The notes under the pieces are model-generated. The model searched no databases, was not told the origin of the DNA, and worked only from the letters and a program-made list of their open reading frames with translations. Below, one piece after another: positions 19,164-30,078 of a stretch of DNA of 64,000 bases (positions are counted from its first letter, which is position 1; every line of letters begins with the position of its first letter). The translations under genes and the position numbers were made by a program. Origin of the DNA: an uncultured Candidatus Saccharibacteria bacterium (GTDB taxonomy: Bacteria > Patescibacteriota > Minisyncoccia > Phycocordibacterales > UBA1006). Location of the stretch: NCBI GenBank assembly GCA_964464735.1, contig CAYXKF010000004.1, positions 3,929 to 67,928 on the forward strand, written 5' to 3'.

Positions 19164-20218
19164 AAGTGCATTATATGTGATCGTTTAATAATATGTGCTG
19201 CTTCGCGCAGTGCCTGGTACCGTTTTGTACCCGGATACAGCACTGACTGCATTGATTCAATAACTGTTGGTGAAATTTCAAAGTGTCCCGGGGCAACAAT
19301 CGAAAGGCGTTCAAGCGTATGGGCATCAAGTGTGCGTTCGAATTCGTGGCTATGACTAAGCATTGCTTCGCGAAGACCTTTTGCAAGCTGTTTAGTAAAA
19401 AGTGGTTCGTGGCGCCGCGCTATGCCAAGCTGATTGCCAAGCATCATCCATGTTCGTGCGGTCGGCGACAGAGCAGCATATGCATGATAAATACCAACAG
19501 GAAGCGAATGCATTTGGATGCGGTTTTTTTGCGCAACAACGATTGATGAAACCGTGTCGCCCACCACCATCAGCGCTTGCCCGTTATGCAAGGATGCAGA
19601 ATTAAAACCACGCAAGACCTGCAGTGTTGCCGATGATACCTGTAAAACCGTAATGTCGGCGCGTTCGCCGTGTTCGCGGATTGCACGGTACGTTTTTCGA
19701 GGACAAATGCTTGCACCATACAAAAATGAATATTCTTTTGCACGCACTTTTTGAGCAAGCGGAAGGTTTACATCATATCCGTTAACCTTAAGGCTATACA
19801 GTACCGCGTCGACAAACCCATGGTCATTTTTTTCGGCTGCAAAATCGCGATCAAGTTCGGCCCAGGCGCGTTTTTGCAAGTCCTTCATAACTGCACGGGT
19901 AAACGCATCAGCACCCAGCTGTTTTTCGGCGTTATATTCATGCGTTACATAGTGAAAAACTGTATGCGTAAAAGCATCAGCCAAAATGCAGGTAACTGTT
20001 GGCTTATGAGAAAACCGCCACGCGCGCTTAATAAACATCGTGGCTCGCTTAAACGAACTTACCAAGTGATGATGATATCGTTTTGGCGACAGTGCGTCGT
20101 CATAATCGGCACATGCAGCGATCACGATCGAATTTCCCCGCTCGTCGCGCGCATAAATTTCGAACGAATGAACGTCAAAAAAAATAACAAAGTCGCTGGT
20201 AAGCCGATCGTTGATCAT
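19160..20218 (-). CDS. hypothetical protein, possibly a highly diverged FtsA/actin-like fold
   Basis: VNGY motif, LMVVGDTVSSIVV, LPVG; ATGA overlap with the baseplate J-like gene. Confidence 0.45.
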   Translation of the reverse strand: MINDRLTSDFVIFFDVHSFEIYARDERGNSIVIAACADYDDALSPKRYHHHLVSSFKRATMFIKRAWRFSHKPTVTCILADAFTHTVFHYVTHEYNAEKQLGADAFTRAVMKDLQKRAWAELDRDFAAEKNDHGFVDAVLYSLKVNGYDVNLPLAQKVRAKEYSFLYGASICPRKTYRAIREHGERADITVLQVSSATLQVLRGFNSASLHNGQALMVVGDTVSSIVVAQKNRIQMHSLPVGIYHAYAALSPTARTWMMLGNQLGIARRHEPLFTKQLAKGLREAMLSHSHEFERTLDAHTLERLSIVAPGHFEISPTVIESMQSVLYPGTKRYQALREAAHIIKRSHIMHL

Positions 20219-20273
20219 AACGTCCGCTTATTATACATCAAACAAAAACGCAAACAAGAAAAAAGTGCCGCAG

Positions 20274-22025
20274 TTATTCCAAAATCGCCTTGATACGCCG
20301 CACACCTGCCGATGATGCTTCTTCTTTTTGAATTTTAAAGCGCCCAAGTTCGCTGGTATTAGTAACGTGCGGGCCACCGCAAAACTCTTTCGATACGTAT
20401 TCGTCGTTCGAGTTTTGAATCGTATATACCGAAACGACATCAGGATACTTTGCACCAAATTCCATTTCGGCACCCAGTTGTTCTGCATCTTCGCGCTTCA
20501 TTTCACGGCGAACGACCGGCAATTTTTCAATAATCCAGTTATTTACCAGCGATTCAATTTTTTGCAATTCTTCAGCGGTTACTTTTCGGTCAAAATTAAA
20601 GTCAATACGCAAGCGCTCTTCGGTAATATTCGAACCGCGCTGCTTTACTTCTTTACCAAGCACTTCTTGAAGCGCCGCAAGTAGCAAATGGTGAGCCGTA
20701 TGCAGTCGCACGGTCTTTTCGTTGGTATTAGCAAGCCCACCCTTAAACTTTTGTTCGGCACCTGCGCGCGATTTGTCTTGGTGTTCTTTCATTTGCGCAT
20801 CAAAAGCTGCACGATCAATAACCATTCCTTTTTCTTTTGCCAATTCTTCGGTAAGTTCGATAGGAAAACCGTAGGTTGTGGCTAAAATAAATGGATCAAC
20901 ACCTTTTTCGAATTCTCGTAGACCTTGTTCTAGTGTACGATTAAATTTAAGTATTTCTTCAAGAATGACTTTTCCTATTTTTTCATCCGACAACTGAGGA
21001 TACGACTCGACATATAACGTAGTTAAAGTATTGATGACGTTGGCGATATGCAACTCTTCAAGCCCCAATCCGTTTGCACGCACAAGCGCCCGCCTCATCA
21101 AACGGCGCAGTACATAACCCTGATCCTTATTCGAAGGAAGAACTCCATCCGAAATTAAAAAAATACTTGCCCGCATGTGGTCGGCAATAATGCGTGCAGA
21201 TTTTTCGTTATAGGGATTTTTTGAGTTTAATTTGATCGCTTCAATCACTGATGCAAACAAGTCAGTCTCGTATACGTTATTCTTTCCCTGCACAACAGCA
21301 GTCGTACGCTCAAGTCCGCTCCCGGTGTCAACATTTTTTTGTGCAAGTTTACCAACCACCTTTCCGTTAACTTTTTCATACTCCATAAAAACGTCATTCC
21401 AAATTTCAATAACGTCTTCTTTTTTAACAGCCTCAAGAAATTGCTCGCGTGAAATTTCGCCAAGATTACCTACAACATCATAAAACATTTCAGTGTCAGG
21501 ACCGCACGGGCCATTATCACCGGGGCTCCACCAGTTATCCTCGGCTCCTAAAAAGAAAATCCGGGATTCAGGAATACCCAACGATTGCCAAATTTGCGGG
21601 GACTCTTCATCACGTGGTGCATTTTCGTCGCCTTCAAAACACGTCACATATAAACGGTTCTTATCAAGACCTAAGCCGATTTCTGTATTGGTTAAAAATT
21701 CAAAACTCCACTTAATGGCGTCTTCTTTAAAGTAGTCCCCCAATGACCAATTACCCAGCATTTCAAAAAATGAAAGATGGCGATTGTCGCCAATATCGTC
21801 TAAGTCACCCGTGCGTACGCATTTTTGACATGACGCCAAGCGATTTCCCAATGGATGCTTTTGCCCCATTAAATATGGCACTAGGGGTTGCATACCAGCG
21901 GTGTTAAAAAGAACCGAGGGATCATTTTCGGGAACCAGTGAAGCCGACGGTAAAACAGCATGTTGTCGCGCCGCAAAAAAATCCAAGAACCGTTTGCGGA
22001 TTTCAGCTGATGTTAGATATGCCAT
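20274..22025 (-). CDS. alaS: alanine--tRNA ligase, short form (no C-Ala domain)
   Basis: FNTAGMQP, FFEMLGNWS, HTAHHLL, EFCGGPHV, AGVRRIKA. Confidence 0.97.
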   Translation of the reverse strand: MAYLTSAEIRKRFLDFFAARQHAVLPSASLVPENDPSVLFNTAGMQPLVPYLMGQKHPLGNRLASCQKCVRTGDLDDIGDNRHLSFFEMLGNWSLGDYFKEDAIKWSFEFLTNTEIGLGLDKNRLYVTCFEGDENAPRDEESPQIWQSLGIPESRIFFLGAEDNWWSPGDNGPCGPDTEMFYDVVGNLGEISREQFLEAVKKEDVIEIWNDVFMEYEKVNGKVVGKLAQKNVDTGSGLERTTAVVQGKNNVYETDLFASVIEAIKLNSKNPYNEKSARIIADHMRASIFLISDGVLPSNKDQGYVLRRLMRRALVRANGLGLEELHIANVINTLTTLYVESYPQLSDEKIGKVILEEILKFNRTLEQGLREFEKGVDPFILATTYGFPIELTEELAKEKGMVIDRAAFDAQMKEHQDKSRAGAEQKFKGGLANTNEKTVRLHTAHHLLLAALQEVLGKEVKQRGSNITEERLRIDFNFDRKVTAEELQKIESLVNNWIIEKLPVVRREMKREDAEQLGAEMEFGAKYPDVVSVYTIQNSNDEYVSKEFCGGPHVTNTSELGRFKIQKEEASSAGVRRIKAILE

Positions 22026-22081
22026 ATCGGCGACTATAGCAGATTTAAGGTAATAAAAAAAGCCCCGCTTATCGGGCTTTC

Positions 22082-22570
22082 TTATGAAGCGTCAGAACTA
22101 TCTTTCGAATTTGAATACAGCTTGTGCTTAAGTGCTTCTTCGATTCCGTGTAGCCCAGACAATACAATAAGCACCAAAACGGTCGCGGCAATTGCCAAAG
22201 TTACGTATCCAAACCCGCACGCAACACCAATGGCTGCCGCTGCCCACATGGCACTTGCGGTCGTTAGGTTGTCGACATGTTCTTTATTATGAAAGATAAG
22301 CCCAGCGCCCAAAAAGCCGATTCCGGTAACTACGCTTGCCGCAACATGGATGGGCGACATACTGATGGCGTTTGACATGCCATGCTGAAGATACTGCATC
22401 ATAGCGATTTCAGAAATTGATACAAACAATGCAGCAGCCATCGAAACTAGCGCGTAGGTTCGCATGCCTGCCGACTTATGGCGGACAATGCGCTCGAACC
22501 CAATTGCCATACCAAGCAGCAGCGCAACAACAATGCGCACAATCATAACTGAAATTACTGGTTCGATCAT
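22082..22570 (-). CDS. MgtC/SapB family protein
   Basis: IGFER, AGMRTYALV, GIGFLGAG, LTTASAMW. Confidence 0.93.
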   Translation of the reverse strand: MIEPVISVMIVRIVVALLLGMAIGFERIVRHKSAGMRTYALVSMAAALFVSISEIAMMQYLQHGMSNAISMSPIHVAASVVTGIGFLGAGLIFHNKEHVDNLTTASAMWAAAAIGVACGFGYVTLAIAATVLVLIVLSGLHGIEEALKHKLYSNSKDSSDAS

Positions 22571-22594
22571 GCAGTAATTATAGCATGTCAATTT

Positions 22595-23683
22595 TTAAGC
22601 AACAATTCCCCCACCAATGCAGGTGTTGCCGTCATAGAGGACGATTGATTGACCCGGGGCAATTAATTCTTCGGGGTTTTCAAATAGTATCGTTAAAGTC
22701 GTACTGTTTTGCTTAACTCGTACTTGATAGCGTTTACCATGATACCGAAACGCCGCATCATATATCTTATTATCCTTTATTACTGTGCGTAATACAATAT
22801 CAGTAAGCGTGTATTCTTTTTTTGATTGCCCCACCTGTATATATTCGTCATGAGTACCAACCGTAAGTGTATTTGTTTTTTGATCGCGGCCAATTACGTA
22901 CAGCGGTTCGTGCGTACTACCCTTTTCATTTTGCGCATTAAAGCCGTGGCGCTCACCGTAGGTATACAGTTCGACTCCTTGATGCGTCCCAATTGTTTTT
23001 CCAGCACTTGTAACCTCTTGCCCTTCTGTAACTTGAATGTAATGTGCCAAGAATTCCTTCATGTCAACCAATCCTAAAAAGCAGATGCCTTGCGAGTCTT
23101 TTTTTTGCGCAACGGGGACATGAAACTTTTTAGCTAAGTCGCGCACTTCTGTTTTAAGTAAATTCCCAACTGGAAAAATGGTTTTTGATAATATATCCGG
23201 CGACAATGTCCACAAAAAATATGATTGGTCCTTGCTTGTATCTTTTGCAGCAACCAGCTGGGATGCTCCGTTGACTGTCGTTACTTGGGCGTAATGTCCC
23301 GTTGCGACAAAGTCGGCACTGTTATTCATTGCCCAATCAAAAAATAATCCGAATTTAATTTCTTTATTACACAACACATCAGGATTTGGCGTGCGCCCAT
23401 TGCGGTAATTTTCAAGCATATCTTCGGTAACGCGCTTTTTGTATTCGTCACTGACATTGTATTCGATAAAAGGAATATCCAATGCGGAACAGACACGCAT
23501 CGCATCGCGGCGTTCGTCTTGCCAGGTGCAAGTAATCCAGTCGGGTTGCCAAGTGCGCAAATACACGCCGGTAACATCATAGCCTTGCTGCTTTAACAGT
23601 GCTGCCGAAACCGCCGAATCGACGCCCCCCGAAAGTCCGACAAATACGCTACCTTTCTTCTTTTTTTGCAAAAACGAAAACAT
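22595..23683 (-). CDS. mnmA: tRNA 2-thiouridine synthase MnmA
   Basis: SGGVDS, TPNPDVLCN, ATGHYA, KDQSYFL, DSQGICF. Confidence 0.97.
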   Translation of the reverse strand: MFSFLQKKKKGSVFVGLSGGVDSAVSAALLKQQGYDVTGVYLRTWQPDWITCTWQDERRDAMRVCSALDIPFIEYNVSDEYKKRVTEDMLENYRNGRTPNPDVLCNKEIKFGLFFDWAMNNSADFVATGHYAQVTTVNGASQLVAAKDTSKDQSYFLWTLSPDILSKTIFPVGNLLKTEVRDLAKKFHVPVAQKKDSQGICFLGLVDMKEFLAHYIQVTEGQEVTSAGKTIGTHQGVELYTYGERHGFNAQNEKGSTHEPLYVIGRDQKTNTLTVGTHDEYIQVGQSKKEYTLTDIVLRTVIKDNKIYDAAFRYHGKRYQVRVKQNSTTLTILFENPEELIAPGQSIVLYDGNTCIGGGIVA

Positions 23684-23728
23684 ACGGCCACTATACCTTT
23701 TTCTTGGTACACAGCAACTTATAAAAAG

Positions 23729-24625
23729 TTACCTAAGATATTTTCGGATATTTGCCTGTTGTTCATCAAGTGTCTTGGCAAAATGCACAAGACCCGTCTT
23801 ATCATGAATATAATACCAATAGTCGGACGCAGTAGGGCTTAATGCCGCCTCAATCATTGCTTTGCCCGGGTTACAAATTGCCCTATCAGGTAGGCCTTGC
23901 CGCTGGTACGTCGTCATATCGGCATCAACCTGCAGCGGCCAACCTTTTTCAAGTCGTTTCCATAAAATGCCTGCAATGATTTTTGCTTCGTTTGCATTTG
24001 CCGCCTCTTTTTCTAAAATCGATGCCATGATAATAATACTTTGCGCAGAACGGTTTGACTTTGCGTTATCAAGAACCGGCTGGATATTGGCATCAAATCC
24101 GTCACGCATGCGTTCGATCACTTGGTCAGGTGTCACTGAACGGAAATAATAATACGTGTCAGGAAAAAGCGTTCCTTCGAACGTTGCAGCTTTTAATATA
24201 AATTGGGCGGCATCAAATTGCGGAATCTGGTTTTTAATTTCGGACGCAATATCGCGCACCGTCATTCCCTCTGGAATCGTAACGCGCACTTGGCTTTTAC
24301 CAAAATTACCGCGGGCAGTTCGTCGTACCACCGAAAAAAATGTATACGGCTTGGTAAACTCATAATCACCCGCATGTACCTGTTTGCCCAAAAGCAAAAT
24401 GCGATAGATCAATGCGCTTTTAATGACCGAATGCTCGCGCAATGTGCGCCCTGCGCCGGTCGTCGTGATACCTGTCGGGATGGTCACCACTTGGGTTTGT
24501 GGGGCACGACGCGGAGCAAGACTAAAGTATCCCACAATAACTGTGATGATAATAATGACTAAAACCAATCCAGCTAATACAAGACTGCGCCGTTTTGCAT
24601 CCGATAAAGGAACATATACATCCAT
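23729..24625 (-). CDS. mltG: endolytic transglycosylase MltG
   Basis: VTIPEG, EGTLFPDTY, MASILEKEA, LQVDA, ICNPG. Confidence 0.93.
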   Translation of the reverse strand: MDVYVPLSDAKRRSLVLAGLVLVIIIITVIVGYFSLAPRRAPQTQVVTIPTGITTTGAGRTLREHSVIKSALIYRILLLGKQVHAGDYEFTKPYTFFSVVRRTARGNFGKSQVRVTIPEGMTVRDIASEIKNQIPQFDAAQFILKAATFEGTLFPDTYYYFRSVTPDQVIERMRDGFDANIQPVLDNAKSNRSAQSIIIMASILEKEAANANEAKIIAGILWKRLEKGWPLQVDADMTTYQRQGLPDRAICNPGKAMIEAALSPTASDYWYYIHDKTGLVHFAKTLDEQQANIRKYLR

Positions 24626-24628
24626 ACG

Positions 24629-25888
24629 CTACATTGGAAGGTTGGCTGGCGGTTCAGCCTTGCGTGACTGAATGCGCCCAACGCTTGGGCTTTGCAATAC
24701 GCGGCCCGGAAGGTGGAATATGGTCGCGATTTCGTCGGCAGTCATCACGTTTACAATATGGCGCTGCACCGGCGCAGTAAAAAAGCGATGGTAGATGTCA
24801 TACCACGAAAAGCTGTAAAAATGATCGTGATACATGCGCAATACATATTCTTCAAACTGGTACCGTCGTTGGCGGTCAGTTATGGTATCATTGACGTCTT
24901 GCCACGGGTTGTCAAAACCAGTCATCGCCACGCGCTTTAAGGTGTTTAAGTTCCAGCTATTAAAGCTTTCAAACAAGTGCTTGATGTTGCGGTGCTTGTT
25001 ACCGTCGTAGTTTGATTTTTTAGCAATGTAAATAACGCGGATACCCACCTTCCAAGCATGCTGTGAGATTTTACGCTCGATCTTTTCGATAATTTCCTGT
25101 TCACCCTTGGTGATGGTGCGGAATTTTTTCCATACATTTGTTGCTGTGTCATTACTTTGATGGCTTGGATCATCGCGATCAAGGATTTTGTTAATCGCCT
25201 TCTTGCCACCCTCACGCCAACTATCATCCTTTTCAGGCTGGATGATGATTTGGATCCAAAAGTATTCGTTTTTGCGCACCGTTGTGCCCATGGCTTCAAG
25301 CATGTTCACCAGCGGGTCAATTTGTTGATCAGGTTCAAGTGTTTCAAGTTTTTTATCGGTACCCAAATCGCGGTATGTCTTGATAGGCAAATGACTTGGC
25401 TGGGTCAAGCGAAAATCTCCCGAGTACATGCGGTAATCGCCTTCAGGATGAAACGGCGGGATCAGCTTGGTGTAATCTTCAGCTTCAACGACTTGCGCCT
25501 GTGGGTACTGGGCATAAATTTGTGAGGTAATAATGTCGCGGTGGTATGCCGGCGTACGGATATAAAAATGGATCTGGCCCTCAAGTGAAACAATTTCAAG
25601 AGAAAACCACGCCAAGATGCGGCCTTGGAAATATTTTTTGTAAAAGTTACCCACGCCACCTGTTTGCCACATCGAGTTCATCAAGATAAGTTCCATCGCT
25701 TCAGGCGAACGCCGAATTTCCTTAGGGACACGAATTTCAAGCAAGACCCACGGAACACTGGCCGCATGCAAATAACGCTTATAGTAAACACGCGTCCAAA
25801 ATGCCGAGTATGCCAAAAAAATCACGAACAGTGTCGCAATAATATCGCCCAACGAAGGAAGAAAAGAAAGAATCGGCGTAGAGTTCAT
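24629..25888 (-). CDS. conserved CPR hypothetical membrane-anchored protein
   Basis: N-terminal TM, LLEIRVPKE..RSPEAME, FSLEIVS, IYAQYP, PIKTY, EIATIFHLP, PPANLP. Confidence 0.75.
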   Translation of the reverse strand: MNSTPILSFLPSLGDIIATLFVIFLAYSAFWTRVYYKRYLHAASVPWVLLEIRVPKEIRRSPEAMELILMNSMWQTGGVGNFYKKYFQGRILAWFSLEIVSLEGQIHFYIRTPAYHRDIITSQIYAQYPQAQVVEAEDYTKLIPPFHPEGDYRMYSGDFRLTQPSHLPIKTYRDLGTDKKLETLEPDQQIDPLVNMLEAMGTTVRKNEYFWIQIIIQPEKDDSWREGGKKAINKILDRDDPSHQSNDTATNVWKKFRTITKGEQEIIEKIERKISQHAWKVGIRVIYIAKKSNYDGNKHRNIKHLFESFNSWNLNTLKRVAMTGFDNPWQDVNDTITDRQRRYQFEEYVLRMYHDHFYSFSWYDIYHRFFTAPVQRHIVNVMTADEIATIFHLPGRVLQSPSVGRIQSRKAEPPANLPM

Positions 25889-25978
25889 GGTGTCACTTTA
25901 TTATATCATAAATAAAATGACAGTTTAAAGTTTTTAAGTATCAAATAAGAGAAAAACAAGGTCTGAAAAAGAACCTCC

Positions 25979-26072
25979 TCAGACCTTTCCAAAAAGCTCA
26001 CCTCAGGAGCTTGGCTTCGAGGCGGACGAAATCCGCCAGCAGGCGGATATTCGGGTTTTTTGGAAGGTCTGA
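25979..26072. repeat. structured intergenic element, copy B (three-way junction)
   Basis: outer stem TCAGACCTTTCCAAAAA/TTTTTTGGAAGGTCTGA; core homologous to 9061-9120. Confidence 0.7.
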
Positions 26073-26156
26073 TAAAAAATGTCTGTTGGATTTTGAGTTG
26101 TTTACGTAAAAGAAAAACCCGATCCTATGACCGGGCTTTTCTTCGTTTGTCGTGTG

Positions 26157-27203
26157 TTACTTAGTCGTATATCGTCCGTCGTCAAGCTTTTTGAAATACT
26201 TTTGGTTCTGTAGATTTACCAAGATAGTGTTTTTCTTTAGATAGCGTTCTTTCAAAACTTTTTCAATGACTTCTTCTTTGGTAAGTGGGCCTTCGGCTTT
26301 AAGGATATCGGCAATGACTTCGCGTACCACACCTTTTTTATATCCCCATTCGCGAAGCGCATATACGCCGCGGCCAACCAATACAAAACGTTCATCCTTA
26401 ATCAATTCGTTATGGCAGGTTGCAGTATGCACCTTGCGGCCAAAAATCTTTTCGATGGCCTGCGCTACTTCACGAAAGTGCATCGGAGAGCCGTGCTTGC
26501 GCATAACAAGGTATGCATAATCTTTTACGCCGCGAGTTTTTACCGCTGATGAATCAGCATGTCCCCACTCACCTAATGGGTTCGGTGCGATCTTGTTTGA
26601 AAGGTCAAGCCATCGGCGAGCAATATCGCTATTTTTATGTTCATCCTTAATTTTACCTGCATGTTCGTGACCCAAGATTTTTTGCAATACTTCGCCTTCA
26701 GAAATCAGGTCGCCATGCTGAATTGAACTGTGAATATCCTTTAGGATTTTCTTTACTACGTCCGCCGTCTCGCTGTCGACAACCCAATGGGTCTTAAAAT
26801 GTTCGTCATCCTTAACCTTAGCAAATTGATCACCTAAGACCAGGTATAAATGCACATGATTTTGTGTCAGCCGGTCATTCGACATATGGTCAAGCAAATG
26901 TTTTTCCTCGACAACGCCGCCAAGACTGTGCATGATCTCGCCCATCTCGTCAAAAATCTGCTTTGCCTCATTGAATGAGCTTGACTTGCGAATCGCTTGC
27001 AATGCAAAGTTTTCAATTTGGCGTACACGCTCACGGGTTATCTTGTATTCTTGCCCGATTGAATCAAGCGTGCGTCGTTCGCCGTCGCCCTCAAGACCAA
27101 AGCGGTTTACCACAACATAGCGCGAACGGTCCTGGAGGTTACCAAGAAGTTTTTTTGTAAGCTGTTTGGGTTTAAAAGTAAGCGAAGCTTTTTTTGTAGA
27201 CAT
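26157..27203 (-). CDS. sigma70 region 4-like HTH plus C-terminal winged-HTH protein (CPR conserved)
   Basis: RFGL...TLDSIGQEYKITRERVRQIE; PMHFREVA...ATCHNELIKDERFVLVGRGVYAL. Confidence 0.8.
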   Translation of the reverse strand: MSTKKASLTFKPKQLTKKLLGNLQDRSRYVVVNRFGLEGDGERRTLDSIGQEYKITRERVRQIENFALQAIRKSSSFNEAKQIFDEMGEIMHSLGGVVEEKHLLDHMSNDRLTQNHVHLYLVLGDQFAKVKDDEHFKTHWVVDSETADVVKKILKDIHSSIQHGDLISEGEVLQKILGHEHAGKIKDEHKNSDIARRWLDLSNKIAPNPLGEWGHADSSAVKTRGVKDYAYLVMRKHGSPMHFREVAQAIEKIFGRKVHTATCHNELIKDERFVLVGRGVYALREWGYKKGVVREVIADILKAEGPLTKEEVIEKVLKERYLKKNTILVNLQNQKYFKKLDDGRYTTK

Positions 27204-27296
27204 AGTTATTGGCTTTGCAGGTAGCAATGAATAATGTGGTGTAATAAAGACCAAGTCATACTAGCATAACTGACTGTACTGTCAAGTACCCTTATT

Positions 27297-29975
27297 TTAT
27301 AAGCGCTTTTTCTTTAAAAGCTTTTTTAAATAGTAACCAGTATACGATTCGCCATTGTGTGATACGTCTTCGGGCGTACCCTTTGCGATGATCGTTCCCC
27401 CGCCTGACCCCCCTTCGGGGCCAAAATCGATCAGATAATCGGCGCACTTAATAAGGTCAAGATTGTGCTCGATCGTAATGACGCTATTGCCGCGATCAAC
27501 TAGCTTGTTTAACACTTCAATCAGCTTACGCACATCTTCGTAATGAAGCCCAACCGTTGGTTCGTCCAGCAGATAGACAGTTTTTTGCGTCAGCGGACGA
27601 TACAACTCGCTTGAGATTTTTACGCGCTGCGATTCACCGCCCGAAAGCGTGTTGGCCTGCTGCCCCAGTTTGATGTATCCCAACCCAACGGCATCAAGCG
27701 TCGAAAGGCGGTCATATACTTGTGGGATATCATTAAAGAATTCAAGTGCCTCATCGACAGTCATTTCAAGCACCTCGAACACGTTTTTGTTTCGATACTT
27801 TACGGCAAGTGTTTCTTTATCAAATCGTTTACCATGACAGACATCACACGTTACATAGACTGTCGGCAAAAAGTGCATCTCGACAGCAACTGATCCACGT
27901 CCTTCGCAGGCCTCGCAGCGGCCACCACCGCGTTCTGATTTTACGTTAAATGAAAAACGGTTCGCTTTCCAGCCGCGTGCTCGCGCTTCATTGGTTGCGG
28001 CAAATAATTCACGAATTGGTTCCCATGCGCCCGTATAGGTCGCTGGGTTACTACGTGGTGTGCGGCCAATGACCGACTGGTCAACCATGACCACACGCGA
28101 GACCGATTTGTCACCTTCAAAATGATCGACATTATAGACTTTTGCACTGCGATGCTCGCGGTCGTATCGTGCCAATAAGTTCTTATACAAAATGTCGTAC
28201 ATAAACGACGACTTGCCCGAACCCGATACGCCCGTAATACATACAAAACGTCCTAATGGCACGTCGATGTTTAGTTTTTTAATATTGTGAATCGCCCCAC
28301 CGCGTACTTTTAAAATGCCCTTGTCAGATATCCGGCGTTTTTCGGGAACTTCGATTACTTTTTCGCCACGCAAATAAGCCAGGGTCTGCGACCGTGGCGG
28401 TGCTTTAGGTGCGTCCAATAATTTTTGCAGATAATCCGAAACCAACACTTCGCCGCCATGACGTCCGGCGCCCGGACCAATGTCAATAATGTAGTCAGAT
28501 GCCAACAGCGTGTCTTCGTCGTGTTCAACGACAATAATAGTATTACCAATATCACGAAGCTTGGTAAGTGTTTTGATCAAACGGTCGTTATCGCGCTGGT
28601 GCAAACCAATAGTTGGTTCGTCCAATACATACAAAGCACCCACTAGTTTGGTACCCAGTTGGGACGCCAATCGGATACGCTGGCTTTCGCCACCAGACAA
28701 TGTGTGCGCCTTACGGCTTAATGTAAGGTATGCCAATCCAACATCAAGCAAGAATTTTAAGCGGTTGGTAATTTCATTTAAAAGCGGCTCGGCAATTGCC
28801 ATGTCTTTTTCACCCAAAGACAGCTCAAATAAAAACGTGTGTGCCTGGTCGATCGTCAGCTCGGTAAAATCGATGATCGAAAGCCCTTTGCCTTCTGACC
28901 CACCTTTTCCAATAAATACATGCAGCGCTTCGGTGCGAAGTCGCGTGCCGTTACAGTCGGGACACAAATCCTCTTCTTCAAAGCCGCTCCATGCCGACGT
29001 GGTACCCAATCCATGACAGGTTGGACACGCGCCGTACGGGCTGTTAAACGAGAACAATCGTGGTTCAATTTCGGGAAAAACAAACCCGTCATCAGGGCAT
29101 ACCAATCGCGACGAAAACAACGTATCTTCAATTACTGTACCATCAGGACGCACAAACGATACCCGCACAAACCCTTCGGCTTCGGTAACCGAACGCTCGA
29201 CGGCTTCAGTAAGACGCATGGTAAAATCATCTGGCGTGTCATGCATTTCGTGAATCGAAAATTCATCGACCAATAGGTCTATGTCATGCTTACTAGTCTT
29301 ATTAAGCGTGATACGTTCGCGCAGTTTTTTCATTTCACCGTCAATTTGCGCCATAGTGTAACCCGAACCCAGCGCATCGTAGAGCAGCTGATAGTATTCG
29401 CCTTTGCGCCCGCGGACGACCGGTGCAAAAATGCGCACCCGGCTATCGTCCCACTTAACACCCATGACACTTTTGGTTCCTTGTTGCTCTTTTTCAAACT
29501 GGATAATCTTTGCAGTAACAAAGTTACGAATTTCTTCGTTAGTCATCTTGCGGATTTCTTTTCCGGATATCGGGCTATACGGCCGGCCAATACGCGCATA
29601 CAGTACACGAAGATAGTCATATATTTCGGTGATCGTAGCGACGGTCGAGCGCGGGTTATTACTTCGTGATTTTTGGTCAATTGAAATTGCCGGAGAAAGC
29701 CCAATGATATCATCAACGTCAGGCTTAGGCATTTGCGCTAAAAACTGGCGCGCGTAACTTGAAAGCGATTCGACATAGCGGCGCTGACCTTCGGCAAAAA
29801 TAGTATCAAACGCAAGCGATGATTTGCCTGATCCCGACAAGCCGGTAATCGCAACCATGGCATTACGCGGCATGCGCACCGTAATGTCTTTTAAGTTATG
29901 CGTACGGGCACCTTTTACGATAATTTCGCGCTCACCTTCTGAAAAATGGGGACTTTTTTGATCTTTTTTCGGCAT
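27297..29975 (-). CDS. uvrA: excinuclease ABC subunit A (insertion domain missing)
   Basis: two Walker A motifs ([18 protein letters not shown]), two LSGGE signatures, [10 protein letters not shown]; start ATG 29975. Confidence 0.97.
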   Translation of the reverse strand: MPKKDQKSPHFSEGEREIIVKGARTHNLKDITVRMPRNAMVAITGLSGSGKSSLAFDTIFAEGQRRYVESLSSYARQFLAQMPKPDVDDIIGLSPAISIDQKSRSNNPRSTVATITEIYDYLRVLYARIGRPYSPISGKEIRKMTNEEIRNFVTAKIIQFEKEQQGTKSVMGVKWDDSRVRIFAPVVRGRKGEYYQLLYDALGSGYTMAQIDGEMKKLRERITLNKTSKHDIDLLVDEFSIHEMHDTPDDFTMRLTEAVERSVTEAEGFVRVSFVRPDGTVIEDTLFSSRLVCPDDGFVFPEIEPRLFSFNSPYGACPTCHGLGTTSAWSGFEEEDLCPDCNGTRLRTEALHVFIGKGGSEGKGLSIIDFTELTIDQAHTFLFELSLGEKDMAIAEPLLNEITNRLKFLLDVGLAYLTLSRKAHTLSGGESQRIRLASQLGTKLVGALYVLDEPTIGLHQRDNDRLIKTLTKLRDIGNTIIVVEHDEDTLLASDYIIDIGPGAGRHGGEVLVSDYLQKLLDAPKAPPRSQTLAYLRGEKVIEVPEKRRISDKGILKVRGGAIHNIKKLNIDVPLGRFVCITGVSGSGKSSFMYDILYKNLLARYDREHRSAKVYNVDHFEGDKSVSRVVMVDQSVIGRTPRSNPATYTGAWEPIRELFAATNEARARGWKANRFSFNVKSERGGGRCEACEGRGSVAVEMHFLPTVYVTCDVCHGKRFDKETLAVKYRNKNVFEVLEMTVDEALEFFNDIPQVYDRLSTLDAVGLGYIKLGQQANTLSGGESQRVKISSELYRPLTQKTVYLLDEPTVGLHYEDVRKLIEVLNKLVDRGNSVITIEHNLDLIKCADYLIDFGPEGGSGGGTIIAKGTPEDVSHNGESYTGYYLKKLLKKKRL

Positions 29976-30018
29976 CTTACTAAAGTACCCCATGACGTAT
30001 AAAAAATCAAACATGTGA

Positions 30019-30046
30019 AAACGGAAGTCTGTTGCGACTTCCGTTT
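30019..30046 (-). terminator. intrinsic terminator hairpin
   Basis: AAACGGAAGTC-TGTTGC-GACTTCCGTTT. Confidence 0.6.
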
Positions 30047-30078
30047 CTGTGTATTGATAAGATATTTCGTTGTGTTTT

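Noticed and set aside
20274-22025. Short alaS as a truncation pseudogene
   Set aside because: The aminoacylation and editing motifs are intact with a clean stop after the editing domain, consistent with a compact form of the enzyme
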